Below are positions 48,315 to 59,006 of a stretch of DNA of 64,000 bases, in pieces (the first letter of the stretch is position 1; each line of letters begins with the position of its first letter). This DNA comes from Tepidiformaceae bacterium (lineage in GTDB: Bacteria; Chloroflexota; Dehalococcoidia; Tepidiformales; Tepidiformaceae), in NCBI GenBank assembly GCA_965203545.1, contig OZ241899.1, positions 1,358,291-1,422,290 of the forward strand, given 5' to 3'. The translations under genes were made by a program, and so were the position numbers. The notes below the pieces were generated by a model. That model did no database searches. It had not been told where the DNA came from and saw only the letters and a program-made list of their open reading frames with translations.

Positions 48315-49595
48315 GTGGTTGTTGAAGCACGAGTGAAGGGCACCCCCCAGGAGAAGGCGCCGGAGCCGCTGCTGGGCACGGAGCTGATCCCGAAGGAACG
48401 CTACACCTCGGAAGAGTTCATGAAGCTCGAGTGGGAGCGCATGTGGACCAAGGTGTGGAACGTCGCCGGACGGGAGCAGGACATCCCCAACGTGGGTGAC
48501 TACTTCACCACCGAGCTTGGTCCCGAGTCGTTCCTGATCGTGCGCGAGGCGGAGGACAAGGTCCGCGCGTTCTACAACGTCTGCCCGCACCGCGGGAACC
48601 AGATCCGCAACCCGGGCATGGGTCACGCGGAGAGCTTCCAGTGCGCCTACCACTTCTTCGAGTTCAATCTCGACGGCTCGAAGAAGTTCGTCCCGGACGA
48701 GGACACCTTCACCCAGGGCGTGCCCCAGGAGACGGCGCTGGTGGAAGTGCCCTGCGACACATGGGCGGGCTGGGTCTGGTTCAACATGAACCCGGACGCA
48801 GAGCCCCTCGAGGAGTTCCTGGGCGTGCTGCCGGAGCACATCGACCCGTACCACTTCGAGAAGATGTATATCGTCCAGGACAAGACGATCGAGTGGGACA
48901 CCAACTGGAAGGCCTCGGTGGACGCCTTCAACGAGGTCTACCACGTGCAGGGCATCCACCCGCAGATCCTGGAGTCGCTGGACGACATCCATGTGCAGAT
49001 CGACCTGTACGAGCGGCACAACCGCTACCTGGTTCCCTTTGGGCTGCTGAGTCCCCGCTACCAGAACCAGGATGAGCTCACGCATGGACTGAAGCAGATG
49101 CTGCGCGGCGCCGGCATCGACCCGGATGAGTTCGATGGGACGCCGGAAGAGGTCCGCACCGCGATACAGGTGGCGGCCCGCGAGAACACGGAAGCGCGCG
49201 GGATCGACGTCTCAGAGCTCAACGACGACCAGATGACGGACGACTACCACTACTACATCTTCCCCAGCATCACGCTGAACACCCACCACACGGGCGTGAT
49301 GGTGTTCCGGCAGCGTCCGCACGCGACGGACCCGAACAAGATGTACTTCGACCTGCAGAACTACGCGCGTATCCCGGACGGGGCGGATCCCCCGCCGCGT
49401 CCGGCGCACACGACGCACAAGCACGGCGAAATCTCCATCGGTCTCGTGCTTGATCAGGACTCCTACAACCTCCCGCGCGTGCAGAAGGGGATGAACTCGC
49501 GGGCCTACAAGGGCCTGCTCATCAACTACCGCGAGCGGCGCATCCGCCACATGCACAAGACGATCGACGACTACATCTACGGGCCGGACCGCTAG
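48315..49595 (+). CDS. Rieske-type aromatic ring-hydroxylating oxygenase, alpha subunit
   Basis: CPHRGNQI...CAYHFFEF (Rieske CxH...CxxH) and NEVYHVQGIHP (mononuclear-iron His motif). The GTG at 48315 has AAGGAG 7 nt upstream. The track start is at 48285. Confidence 0.85.
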   Translation: MVVEARVKGTPQEKAPEPLLGTELIPKERYTSEEFMKLEWERMWTKVWNVAGREQDIPNVGDYFTTELGPESFLIVREAEDKVRAFYNVCPHRGNQIRNPGMGHAESFQCAYHFFEFNLDGSKKFVPDEDTFTQGVPQETALVEVPCDTWAGWVWFNMNPDAEPLEEFLGVLPEHIDPYHFEKMYIVQDKTIEWDTNWKASVDAFNEVYHVQGIHPQILESLDDIHVQIDLYERHNRYLVPFGLLSPRYQNQDELTHGLKQMLRGAGIDPDEFDGTPEEVRTAIQVAARENTEARGIDVSELNDDQMTDDYHYYIFPSITLNTHHTGVMVFRQRPHATDPNKMYFDLQNYARIPDGADPPPRPAHTTHKHGEISIGLVLDQDSYNLPRVQKGMNSRAYKGLLINYRERRIRHMHKTIDDYIYGPDR

Positions 49596-49671
49596 GACCG
49601 GCGCGGGACCAGACCGGCGAGCCGCGGCCCATGGTCGCGGCTCGCTTGCCTCACGGGAGGAGCAGGAGCGG

Positions 49672-50064
49672 ATGAGCGAGCAGACCGACAGCGAGACCCC
49701 CTTCACGCCCGTGGGGCCGGCAAACATGCTCAAGCCGGGCGAGAGCGCGATCATCGAGTTCGGGGATGAGTCGATCGTGCTCGTGCACCTGGTGGAGGGG
49801 TACTACGCCATCGAGAACCGCTGCTCGCACGACGACGGGCCGCTCGGCCAGGGCAGGCTCGTCGGGTACGAGATCGACTGCCCCCGCCACGGCGCCAAGT
49901 TCGACGTCCGCGACGGCGCGGCGAAGTCGCTGCCGGCGTTCCGGCCGGTGGCCTCCTTCCCGGTGCGCTACAACGAGGACACGGACGAGATCGAGGTCCA
50001 GTACAAGAAGCCCGAGCCGCCCTCGTACGAGGATCCGCGGGGGTTCAACTTCAACTTCACCTAG
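49672..50064 (+). CDS. Rieske [2Fe-2S] ferredoxin subunit
   Basis: CSHDDGPL...CPRHGAKF. 130 aa. Confidence 0.85.
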   Translation: MSEQTDSETPFTPVGPANMLKPGESAIIEFGDESIVLVHLVEGYYAIENRCSHDDGPLGQGRLVGYEIDCPRHGAKFDVRDGAAKSLPAFRPVASFPVRYNEDTDEIEVQYKKPEPPSYEDPRGFNFNFT

Positions 50065-50074
50065 GAGCGAGGCC

Positions 50075-51550
50075 ATGACGCAATCAGGAGACTGGCGGGA
50101 GGCCTACAAGGAACGGCTCTGCAGCATCGAGGAGGCCATGGCCCTCATCGGCGAGGGCGACCTCGTCACGATGGGCGTGCTTACGCCCGGACAGTTGGGC
50201 GCGGCGCTGGCAGACCGCGCGGAGCAGCTGAACCGCCTGGACGTGCGCGCGCTGGCGCCGACCGAGCCGCGCCTGTTTGGTCCCGGACAGAACGGCGAGC
50301 GCGAGATCGAGCTGTTCATCGGGGAGCCGCTGCGCGCAGCGCACGACGCGAAGATCGCCACGTACCTGCCGAACACGTTCATGCTCGGGATGAAGGCGCA
50401 CGACGCGGGCCGGGAGGAAGCGCGCCTGCCCGACGTGCAGATCACCTCGGTCAGCGAGCCGAACGAGCAGGGGTACGTGCAGTTCGGGGTGCACATGTGG
50501 ACGCGCAAGTCGTACACGAAGCGCTGCGCGAAGACGATCGGGATGATCGACCCCAACATCACGCCCGGCCACGGTGACCTCTGGGTCCACGTGAGCGAGT
50601 TCGCCGCGCTGATCGAGGGCGTCATCCCGCCGGTAAACGTGGATGCGGTGCGGGAGCGCGTGGAGACGCAGGCGCCGGAGGAGAACCGCGCTGAGCTGCT
50701 GGAGCTGCTCGGGATGGCCAGCCTGGACCAGATCGCCCTGGCGGAAGGCATGTACCACATGCTCCCGCCCAAGATCGTGCGGCAGGCGTTCGGGCTGGCG
50801 GAGGTCGACGACGAGGCCCAGGCGATCGCACACAACCTGGCGCCCCTGATCCGCGACGGGGACACGATCCAGGTGGGGGTTGGCACGCCGAGCGCGCTCA
50901 TGTTCAAGGCGGGCGCCTTCGACAACGCGCACCACCTGGGGGTGCACACGGAGCTTGGGTCGCCGGGACTGGCGCAGCTGTGGGCGCGCGGCAACATCGA
51001 CAACTCGCGCAAGACCATTCACAAGGATCGCTGCGTGGCGGTCGCGTGGACCGGGTGCGACGGCGTGGACCTCGGCATCATCCGCGACAACCCCGCGTTC
51101 GAGGTGTACGACCCGAACTACCTGCTGAACCCGGCCCTGATGTCGCAGAACAGCCAGATGACTTCGGTCAACAGCGCCGTGGCGGTCGACCTGCTGGGGC
51201 AGATCGCGAGCGAGGACCGCTACGGCGGCCAGATGATCAACGGGACGGGCGGGCAGCCGGACACGCACATCAGCGCGGCGCTCTGCCCGGACGGACGCGC
51301 CATCACGGTGCTGCGCTCGACCGCGCTCGAGGGCTCGCTCTCGAAGATCGTGGCGAAGCACGAGGCGGGGACGCTCGTGACGATCCCACGCTACCTGGCG
51401 GACACGATCGTGACCGAGTACGGCGTTGCGCGGCTGCTCGACAAGAACCACCGCCAGCGCGCCGCCGAGCTGATCAGCGTGGCGCATCCCGATTTCCGGG
51501 GCGAGCTGCAGAAGCAGGCGAGCGAGCTGTGGGGCGAGCTCGGCATCTAG
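50075..51550 (+). CDS. Acetyl-CoA hydrolase/transferase family (4-hydroxybutyrate CoA-transferase-like) protein
   Basis: ATG at 50075 (MTQSGDWREAYKERLCSIEEAMALIGEGDLV). Downstream NSAVAVDLLGQI...GTGGQPD is typical of the family. Confidence 0.8.
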   Translation: MTQSGDWREAYKERLCSIEEAMALIGEGDLVTMGVLTPGQLGAALADRAEQLNRLDVRALAPTEPRLFGPGQNGEREIELFIGEPLRAAHDAKIATYLPNTFMLGMKAHDAGREEARLPDVQITSVSEPNEQGYVQFGVHMWTRKSYTKRCAKTIGMIDPNITPGHGDLWVHVSEFAALIEGVIPPVNVDAVRERVETQAPEENRAELLELLGMASLDQIALAEGMYHMLPPKIVRQAFGLAEVDDEAQAIAHNLAPLIRDGDTIQVGVGTPSALMFKAGAFDNAHHLGVHTELGSPGLAQLWARGNIDNSRKTIHKDRCVAVAWTGCDGVDLGIIRDNPAFEVYDPNYLLNPALMSQNSQMTSVNSAVAVDLLGQIASEDRYGGQMINGTGGQPDTHISAALCPDGRAITVLRSTALEGSLSKIVAKHEAGTLVTIPRYLADTIVTEYGVARLLDKNHRQRAAELISVAHPDFRGELQKQASELWGELGI

Positions 51551-51563
51551 CGGAGCAGCCGGC

Positions 51564-52472
51564 CTAGGGGCGCTCGAAGGCGCCGCCAAGGGCGCGGTCA
51601 CGCACGCGCCGGGCCTCGCGCAACGCGTCCAGGCGGCGGTCGACGCGGTGCGACTGTCGCGCCTCGTAGCGGATCCAGCTCACTGCGATGGCGGCGAGGG
51701 CGACCAGGAACACCAGGCTTCCCCCGACCCAGAGCACGAGGATGGCAAGGCGCTGGTCCATCATGGGTGAGGGACCCCAGGCGGGCGTGTTTGCCGCGAA
51801 CGTCTCGTGCACGGGGGTGTTGAGGCTGAGGAACATGCCCCCGAACAGCCCCTTGTGCGTCATCTCGACGGCGACGTAGAGGACGCGCAGGGGGTGACTC
51901 ATCCGCCAGGGGACGGGATCGGCGCAGAGGGCGGGCCACCAGAAAAGCAGGGAGACGGCAAGCAGGGAGAGCTGCTGCACGTCGCGCACGAAGACGTTCT
52001 CGGCGGCCTCCTCGGTGATGCCCATGAACTGCCAGGCATAGGTGACCACGGCGAACAGGAGCCACGAGACGATAGGCATGGCCACGATGCGGGCCGTGCG
52101 CCCGCGATACAGACGACGGAGCCGGGCACGTCCGCGCGGACCGCTCACGCGGAAGGCGAGCGTGAGAGGCGAGCCGAGGAGGAGGAGGGGCGGGGCGATC
52201 ATCGTGAGGAGCAGCATCCCGGCGAAGTCGGTCCAGAGGAGCTGATTGCCGTAGTGCTCGAGGGGTGACTGGGTCGCGACGAAGATGAGGGCCAACCCCA
52301 GCATGAAGGCGACCAGCTGCCAGACACGGGGAGGGACGCGGGGGCGTTCGCTGCGCACGCGGAGCCAGGCGACGGCGTAGAAGCCCGCGGCGGCAAGGAG
52401 CAGGCCGTACCAGGGCGCATCGAAGGCGAACTGCGCGATGACCTCGCCGAAGCCCGGGGCGGCGGCGCTCAT
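51564..52472 (-). CDS. Cytochrome c oxidase assembly factor CtaG-like membrane protein (caa3_CtaG family)
   Basis: 302 aa with about 7 TM segments. SPLEHYGNQLLWTDFAGMLLL and FWWPAL resemble that family. Confidence 0.6.
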   Translation of the reverse strand: MSAAAPGFGEVIAQFAFDAPWYGLLLAAAGFYAVAWLRVRSERPRVPPRVWQLVAFMLGLALIFVATQSPLEHYGNQLLWTDFAGMLLLTMIAPPLLLLGSPLTLAFRVSGPRGRARLRRLYRGRTARIVAMPIVSWLLFAVVTYAWQFMGITEEAAENVFVRDVQQLSLLAVSLLFWWPALCADPVPWRMSHPLRVLYVAVEMTHKGLFGGMFLSLNTPVHETFAANTPAWGPSPMMDQRLAILVLWVGGSLVFLVALAAIAVSWIRYEARQSHRVDRRLDALREARRVRDRALGGAFERP

Positions 52473-52502
52473 GACAGACCCCCCACCAGCGTACGGGACC
52501 GA

Positions 52503-54239
52503 TCAATAGTCGCTGGCATCGGTCCAAGCTCCGCGGACGGGATTCTGTGCGGAGAGGCGGCTGCGTTCTTCCAGCAATTCGAGGATGGCGAGCGCCTCGC
52601 GCGTGCTCAGCACCTCGCCGGCCTCTTCCCGTAGCTGGGCAACCTCGGCGTCGATGGCTGCGAGCTGCTCCTCAAGGGCTTCGGGCGAGAGGGCTTGCTC
52701 GCCGCCCTCGCCGCCGCCGGCCTGTGCGCCGTCGGGACCGGGGGCAGGCTGGGTTTCGGGGGGTTCCTCGCCCTCACCGGAGTCTCCCTCGGGCGGCGCG
52801 GGGGCCGTCTGCTGTTCGGGCGGGGCCGGGGGGTGGAGCAGGCGCCAGACGACCTCGAAGTCACGGCGGAGGACATCGTCCTCGGGGGCAAGCAGCAGAC
52901 CCTCGGTGAACGCTTCGAGCGCCTCCTCGAGCTCCCCGAGGGCGAAGAGATGGTGCCCGAGGCTGGAATAGGCAGCAGCCGCGATCTCCGCGTCTCGGTC
53001 GTTGAGGGCGCGACGAGCGACGCGGACCGCCTCTTCGTAGCGGCCGGCCTGGTCGAGGACGGCCGCCAGGTTCAGGGCAATGCGGCCGTCCCGCGGATCC
53101 TCCGCCTGGGCTTCGTAGAGGAGCTCGATGGCGGTGTCGAGGTCGCCGTCGTCGACGGCCTCGAGGGCGCGCTCGTTGAGGTTGTAGGCGGCCGTCGCGC
53201 AGGCGGAGAGGGCCAGGGCAAGCCCAACGACAACGGCCAGCGCCGGAGCGGTCCGCCAGCGCACGAAGGCCCTCCACTCGACTGCCGTTCCCAGCAGCAG
53301 AAGCACGAACGCGGCAACGGCGAACCAGTGAAATCGCTCGATCGGAAGGGAGATGGTCGTCGCGCCGTAGGTAGCCTGGTCAAGTCCGGCGACGTGCGCA
53401 CGTACCGCTCCGGGGAGGGCCGCGAGATCTGCGCCGAGGTAGCGACCCTCCCCCGCCCGGGCGATGGCGCGGAGGCTAGGTTCGTCGAGGCGGGTGATCA
53501 CGGGCTCGCCATCATCGTTCGTGAGCGGTTCCATCTCACGCGTCACGGGATTGCGGATGGGAACAGGTCCACCGGAAGACGTGCCGACGCCTGCGACGAG
53601 TACATCGATGCCCTCGGCAGCCAGCGCCGCGGCGCTGGCTGAGGGGTCCCCGCCAAGGCTTTCGCCATCGGACACGAGCAAGACGAGGCGGCCACCGCTG
53701 GTCTCCTCATCGAAGAGCTCAAGGGCGACGTCGAGCCCGGAGGCGGCGCTCGTACCGCGTTCGAGGAGCAGCGTGCCTCCCTCGATGGTCTCGACGACGG
53801 TGGCGGCCGCCTGCAGGTCGCGCGTGAGCGGGAAGCGGAGACGGGCATCGCCGGCGAAGACGACCAGGGCGACGCGATCGCCACGGAGGCGGGCGAAGGT
53901 CTCGCCGAGAGCGGTGCGGGCGGCGGCCAGACGCGAGGGGGCGACATCGGTCGCGCCCATGCTGCGGGAGACGTCGAGGACGGCAACGAGCTGGGCCCCA
54001 CCGGTCTGGACGGTCGCGCTGCGTTCACCCCAGCGGGGCTGGGCGGCAGCCAGGGCGGCGAGCACGACCGCGAGGACGAGCACGACGGTGGCGACCCGGC
54101 GCGGCCTCGGAGGTTGGCGCGTGAGGGCGGTCGCGGCGGTGAAGGCCCGGTTCGCGACCACCCACGCGAACGGGAGGAGCACGAGCGCAGCGGGGACCAG
54201 CAGGAGCCAGAGCGGACGGCCGAAGCTGAGGTCGCTCAT
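52503..54239 (-). CDS. VWA-domain plus TPR-repeat membrane protein (BatB/BatC-like fusion)
   Basis: N-terminal TM segments, VAVLDVSRSM (MIDAS DxSxS), a central TM, TPR-like repeats, and an acidic/Pro-rich tail. Forms an ATGA overlap with the upstream gene. Confidence 0.8.
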   Translation of the reverse strand: MSDLSFGRPLWLLLVPAALVLLPFAWVVANRAFTAATALTRQPPRPRRVATVVLVLAVVLAALAAAQPRWGERSATVQTGGAQLVAVLDVSRSMGATDVAPSRLAAARTALGETFARLRGDRVALVVFAGDARLRFPLTRDLQAAATVVETIEGGTLLLERGTSAASGLDVALELFDEETSGGRLVLLVSDGESLGGDPSASAAALAAEGIDVLVAGVGTSSGGPVPIRNPVTREMEPLTNDDGEPVITRLDEPSLRAIARAGEGRYLGADLAALPGAVRAHVAGLDQATYGATTISLPIERFHWFAVAAFVLLLLGTAVEWRAFVRWRTAPALAVVVGLALALSACATAAYNLNERALEAVDDGDLDTAIELLYEAQAEDPRDGRIALNLAAVLDQAGRYEEAVRVARRALNDRDAEIAAAAYSSLGHHLFALGELEEALEAFTEGLLLAPEDDVLRRDFEVVWRLLHPPAPPEQQTAPAPPEGDSGEGEEPPETQPAPGPDGAQAGGGEGGEQALSPEALEEQLAAIDAEVAQLREEAGEVLSTREALAILELLEERSRLSAQNPVRGAWTDASDY

Positions 54240-55189
54240 GCGGGCGTCCTCCTCAGCCACGTGCGGCCGAGCCCGATCTCGCCCAGCAAGAGCACGGCGC
54301 CCGCGGCGATCAGCCAGAGGCCGAGCTCGGTGTAGCGCGCGAAGGTCTCGTCTCCGACGCGGCTCGTCTCCAGCGAGCCGATCTCGTCGTAGACCTCGGC
54401 AAGGTCCTCCGGCGTCGCCGCCTCGAAGTACCTGCCTCCGGTGTGGTCGGCGATGAACGCGAGCAGGTCCGCGTCGATGGTCGTGGGGGAGAAGCCCGAG
54501 GGACGGTCCCGGTCCTCGACGACACCGATGGTGTAGACGCGGATACGGAGGGCGGCCGCGATCTCGGCGGCTTCGTCGGGGCTGATCGAGTCGGCGTTGT
54601 GGCGCCCGTCCGTCAGGAGGATCACGATCCGGCTGGAGGCGCTGGACTCCTCCAGCATGGAGAGGGCGCTGGCTATGCCCACGCCGATGCCGGTGCCGTC
54701 GGGGAGAAGGTCGGAGCCGAGGTCGGCGACGATGGTGTCGAGGGCGTCGTAGTCGAGGGTGAGGGGAGCGAGGGGAAGCGCCTCGCGCTGGAAAGCGACG
54801 AGGCCGACGCGGTCGTTCTCGCGGGAGGCGATGAAGCCGCGAAGGACCTCCTTCACGGAGTCGAGGCGGGTGTTGTCGTTGCTGAACGGGTTCGTGGCCA
54901 TGCTGCTGGACACGTCGACGGCAAGGGCGATGTCGACGCCCTCGGCGGGGACGAGCGTCTCAGCCTCACCGATGCGGGGACGGGCGAGGCCGACGACGAG
55001 CAGCAGGATGGCGGCGATACGCAGGAGCGGCAGCAGTCGCCGGGCGCGGACGCGCCAGCCGGCGGGGGCGTCGCCGAGCCCGAGGGCGAAGGGCACAGCG
55101 ATGACCGGTGGGGTCCGGCGCCAGCGGGCGATCACGAGGGGTACGGCGACGAGCGCGAGGAACAGCAGCCAGGGGTCGGCGAAATGCAT
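54236..55189 (-). CDS. VWA-domain membrane protein (BatA-like)
   Basis: MHFADPWLLFLALVAVPL, ALAVDVSSSM (MIDAS) and LLTDGRHN. Confidence 0.8.
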   Translation of the reverse strand: MHFADPWLLFLALVAVPLVIARWRRTPPVIAVPFALGLGDAPAGWRVRARRLLPLLRIAAILLLVVGLARPRIGEAETLVPAEGVDIALAVDVSSSMATNPFSNDNTRLDSVKEVLRGFIASRENDRVGLVAFQREALPLAPLTLDYDALDTIVADLGSDLLPDGTGIGVGIASALSMLEESSASSRIVILLTDGRHNADSISPDEAAEIAAALRIRVYTIGVVEDRDRPSGFSPTTIDADLLAFIADHTGGRYFEAATPEDLAEVYDEIGSLETSRVGDETFARYTELGLWLIAAGAVLLLGEIGLGRTWLRRTPA

Positions 55190-56082
55190 CAGCCGGTCCC
55201 CCCAATGATCTCGCGGGCGATCCGGAGGTCGGCCACACGGCGCTCCACAACGGGGCGGTAACCGGCGTAGACGACGGCGTCGCACTCACGAAGCAACTCG
55301 CGCGCCATGCGCTCCTCCCAGCCGTCGACTCCCGCCTCCGCCATGCGCGTCTCCAGCTCGGCGGCGGTGAGGGACTGAGCCGGGAATTCGTACCGCTCCC
55401 CCAGGACGTTGCGGACGGCACCGGAGATGGCGCGATAGGCGCCGGCGGCGTCGGTTTCGAGCAGCGCTTCGGCGGCGGCCAGGACGTCGTCGGCTGGCGG
55501 GGGCTCGGGGGCGACGTCACCCATGTCGACGGGCCGGTTTCGCCACCAGCGGCGGGCGAGCGCGGCGGCAATGGCCGCAATCACGACCGCGACGAACCCG
55601 CCGAGGGCGATGCCGGGCCAGAGCATCACGGACTGCGCTCCATCGATGGGGACGGGCGGCGGTAGGGGGGAGAGTGCCAGCGGCTCGTCGGGAGGGAGGG
55701 TAGAGGGCACCTCCAGGGTGAGGACGGGGAGCGCGGCGGGAGTGGGGCCGGCGTCGGTGGTGACAACAACCGCAGGACGGAACGTCACCGTGCCGGGGGC
55801 GAAGGGCGCCACCAGCACTTCGATGCGGTGCTGCAATCCCGCGTCGATCGCCGTGGCGGATTGCGAGAGAACGCGGATGACGCGGACATCGCCCCATGAT
55901 TCCCCGGCAGGATCCACTTCGACGACCGCGTCGGCAGGCGCCTCGAGCGTGATCGTTACGACAACTTGCTCGCCGATCGCGGCAAAGGTCCGCGAGACGG
56001 TTGCCTCGGGATCCTGCGCGGAGGCGAGGGCGGGAACCGCCAGCACGGCGGCGAGGGCACAGAGGAGGGCGAGGCGTCTCAC
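55189..56082 (-). CDS. Secreted/TM protein with a BatD-like N-terminal part and a DUF4381-like C-terminal part
   Basis: Signal peptide (ALASAQ), a beta-rich ectodomain, a single TM (IALGGFVAVVIAAIAAAL) followed by RRWWR, then a cytoplasmic helical tail. It occupies the usual position in MoxR-Bat operons. Confidence 0.5.
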   Translation of the reverse strand: MRRLALLCALAAVLAVPALASAQDPEATVSRTFAAIGEQVVVTITLEAPADAVVEVDPAGESWGDVRVIRVLSQSATAIDAGLQHRIEVLVAPFAPGTVTFRPAVVVTTDAGPTPAALPVLTLEVPSTLPPDEPLALSPLPPPVPIDGAQSVMLWPGIALGGFVAVVIAAIAAALARRWWRNRPVDMGDVAPEPPPADDVLAAAEALLETDAAGAYRAISGAVRNVLGERYEFPAQSLTAAELETRMAEAGVDGWEERMARELLRECDAVVYAGYRPVVERRVADLRIAREIIGGTG

Positions 56083-57035
56083 GCGACGGCCCGGGCGCGG
56101 CGCCGGAAGAAGGCGAGGAGCGAACGCACGTAGTCCTCGCCCGTGACGATGGTTATCTCGTCGATCCCGAGCTCGCCGAAGAGGCGCTCCCGCTCGGCAT
56201 CGATCTCGCGGACGCGGGAGGCGTAGGCCTCGCGCACGGCCTCGTCGTCGCTGTCGACCTCGTAGGCGGGACCGCCCTCTGCATCCTCGAGCCGCACGAT
56301 TCCGGCGGCGGGAAGCTGCTCGTCGAGGGGCTCACGGATGCGAACGGCGATGATGTCGAAGCGGCGGGCGGCCGCGCGGAGGGCGCGCGCGTACCCCTCG
56401 GTGAGGAAGTCAGAGATGATGAACAGGGTGGCGCGACGGCGCTGAATGCCCGTCAGGTACTCGAGGGCGGCGCCGAGGTCGGTGCCTTTGGTCTCGGGCC
56501 GGGCTGAGAGGACCTCACGCACGAGGCGCAGCACATGGATGCTGCCGCCGGCGGGCCGCAGGTAGCGCTCGGGAGCGCTGGCGAAGAGCAGGAGCCCGGC
56601 GCGATCGTTGTTGCGGATGGCGGCGAGGGCAAAGACGGCGCAGAGCTCGGCCGCGAGGCTGGCCTTGGAGCGCTCGGCAGCGCCCGCGGTCTGCGAAGCG
56701 CTCACATCTACTGCAAAGAGCACGGTCAGGTCGCGGTCCTCGCGGTAGCGGCGGACGAGAGGCTGGCCCGTGCGGGCGTACGACTTCCAGTCGATGGAGC
56801 GCACGTCATCGCCAACGACGTAGGGGCGGAGCTCGTCGAACTCGATGCCGCGGCCGCGGAAGACCGCGTGGTACTCGCCGAGGAAGAGGTCGTCGACGAG
56901 GCGGCGGGCGCGTATCTCGATGGCGCGGACGCGACGCAGGAGCTCGGTCGCGCCATCGATCGAGGCCGCTTCGTCGGACGCGGGCCGGGAGGGGTCGCGC
57001 CGGGGGCGCCAGAGCCGCGGCCACCACGCGCGCAT
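56079..57035 (-). CDS. DUF58 domain protein
   Basis: AVFRGRGIEFDELRPYVVGDDVRSIDWK is the family signature. Confidence 0.85.
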   Translation of the reverse strand: MRAWWPRLWRPRRDPSRPASDEAASIDGATELLRRVRAIEIRARRLVDDLFLGEYHAVFRGRGIEFDELRPYVVGDDVRSIDWKSYARTGQPLVRRYREDRDLTVLFAVDVSASQTAGAAERSKASLAAELCAVFALAAIRNNDRAGLLLFASAPERYLRPAGGSIHVLRLVREVLSARPETKGTDLGAALEYLTGIQRRRATLFIISDFLTEGYARALRAAARRFDIIAVRIREPLDEQLPAAGIVRLEDAEGGPAYEVDSDDEAVREAYASRVREIDAERERLFGELGIDEITIVTGEDYVRSLLAFFRRRARAVA

Positions 57036-57043
57036 GGCCGCCC

Positions 57044-58042
<999 letters not shown>

Positions 58043-58160
58043 CGAACCATTGTAGCGACAACGACCGCGGAACCGGCCCTTCGGGCCTGCTTTGGCCGGT
58101 AGTGCACAGTCCGCCTACGGTGTCAGTACGTCAACTACACGGACGGCGGGAGCGAGCGAC

Positions 58161-59006
58161 ATGGCAGAACACCCGACGTTTGCTGACTTCATCCTGGGGT
58201 TCGAGGGGCTGGCCATCCTGCGGTCGTGGGGTCTCGACCCTGGAACAGTTCGGGAGCGGGCGAGGAGCATCGCCGAAGTCGTGGAGCGCCGGGGCGAGCC
58301 GCCGTGGTCTGCTCCGCTCGTCGAGATCGAATACGAGGTACAGACGGGATACGGCGAGTGGGCGCGGGGCTACGACCGACCGGATAACCCGGTACTGCTG
58401 GCGGAGGAGCCGGTCTTGCGGGAGATCCTGGACTCAGTCCCCATCGGAACGGCCCTGGATGCAGCCTGCGGGACGGGAAGATGGGCGCAGCACCTGGCGT
58501 CACTCGGACACGCGGTCACGGGATTCGACGCAACTCCCGAGATGCTTGAGGAGGCACGGAGGAAGGTTCCTGCGGCCCACCTAGAGCTGGCCGATCTGAC
58601 AACGATTCCCCTGCCGGCCGAAGCCTTCGACCTGGTTGTTTGCACGCTCGCCCTCACCCACTGCAACGAGCTGCCGGACGCGATTGGCGAACTCGGACGC
58701 GTGGCACGCTCGAAGGGGCGCATCGTCATTTCCGACGTTCATCCCCTCATGGCCATGCTCGGGTCTCACGCCAGATACCCCCGAGGCCAGGGAGAATTCG
58801 GCTTCGTCCAGAATCACGTCCACCAGGTGTCGGACTACCTGGCCGCGTTCCGGGATGCCGAGCTGAGCGTCACCGACTGCCGGGAACCGGTGTGGTCGGC
58901 GGACGCCATCGCGGCACTCGGCTTCGCGGACCAGCGACCAGGCCTCCTGGAGGCGGCGATCGAGGGGCTGCCAATCGTGATCGTCTGGGAGCTGGAGAAG
59001 GCCTAG
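58161..59006 (+). CDS. Class I SAM-dependent methyltransferase
   Basis: ALDAACGTGRWAQHL (motif I), and FDLVVCTLALTH. Confidence 0.85.
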   Translation: MAEHPTFADFILGFEGLAILRSWGLDPGTVRERARSIAEVVERRGEPPWSAPLVEIEYEVQTGYGEWARGYDRPDNPVLLAEEPVLREILDSVPIGTALDAACGTGRWAQHLASLGHAVTGFDATPEMLEEARRKVPAAHLELADLTTIPLPAEAFDLVVCTLALTHCNELPDAIGELGRVARSKGRIVISDVHPLMAMLGSHARYPRGQGEFGFVQNHVHQVSDYLAAFRDAELSVTDCREPVWSADAIAALGFADQRPGLLEAAIEGLPIVIVWELEKA

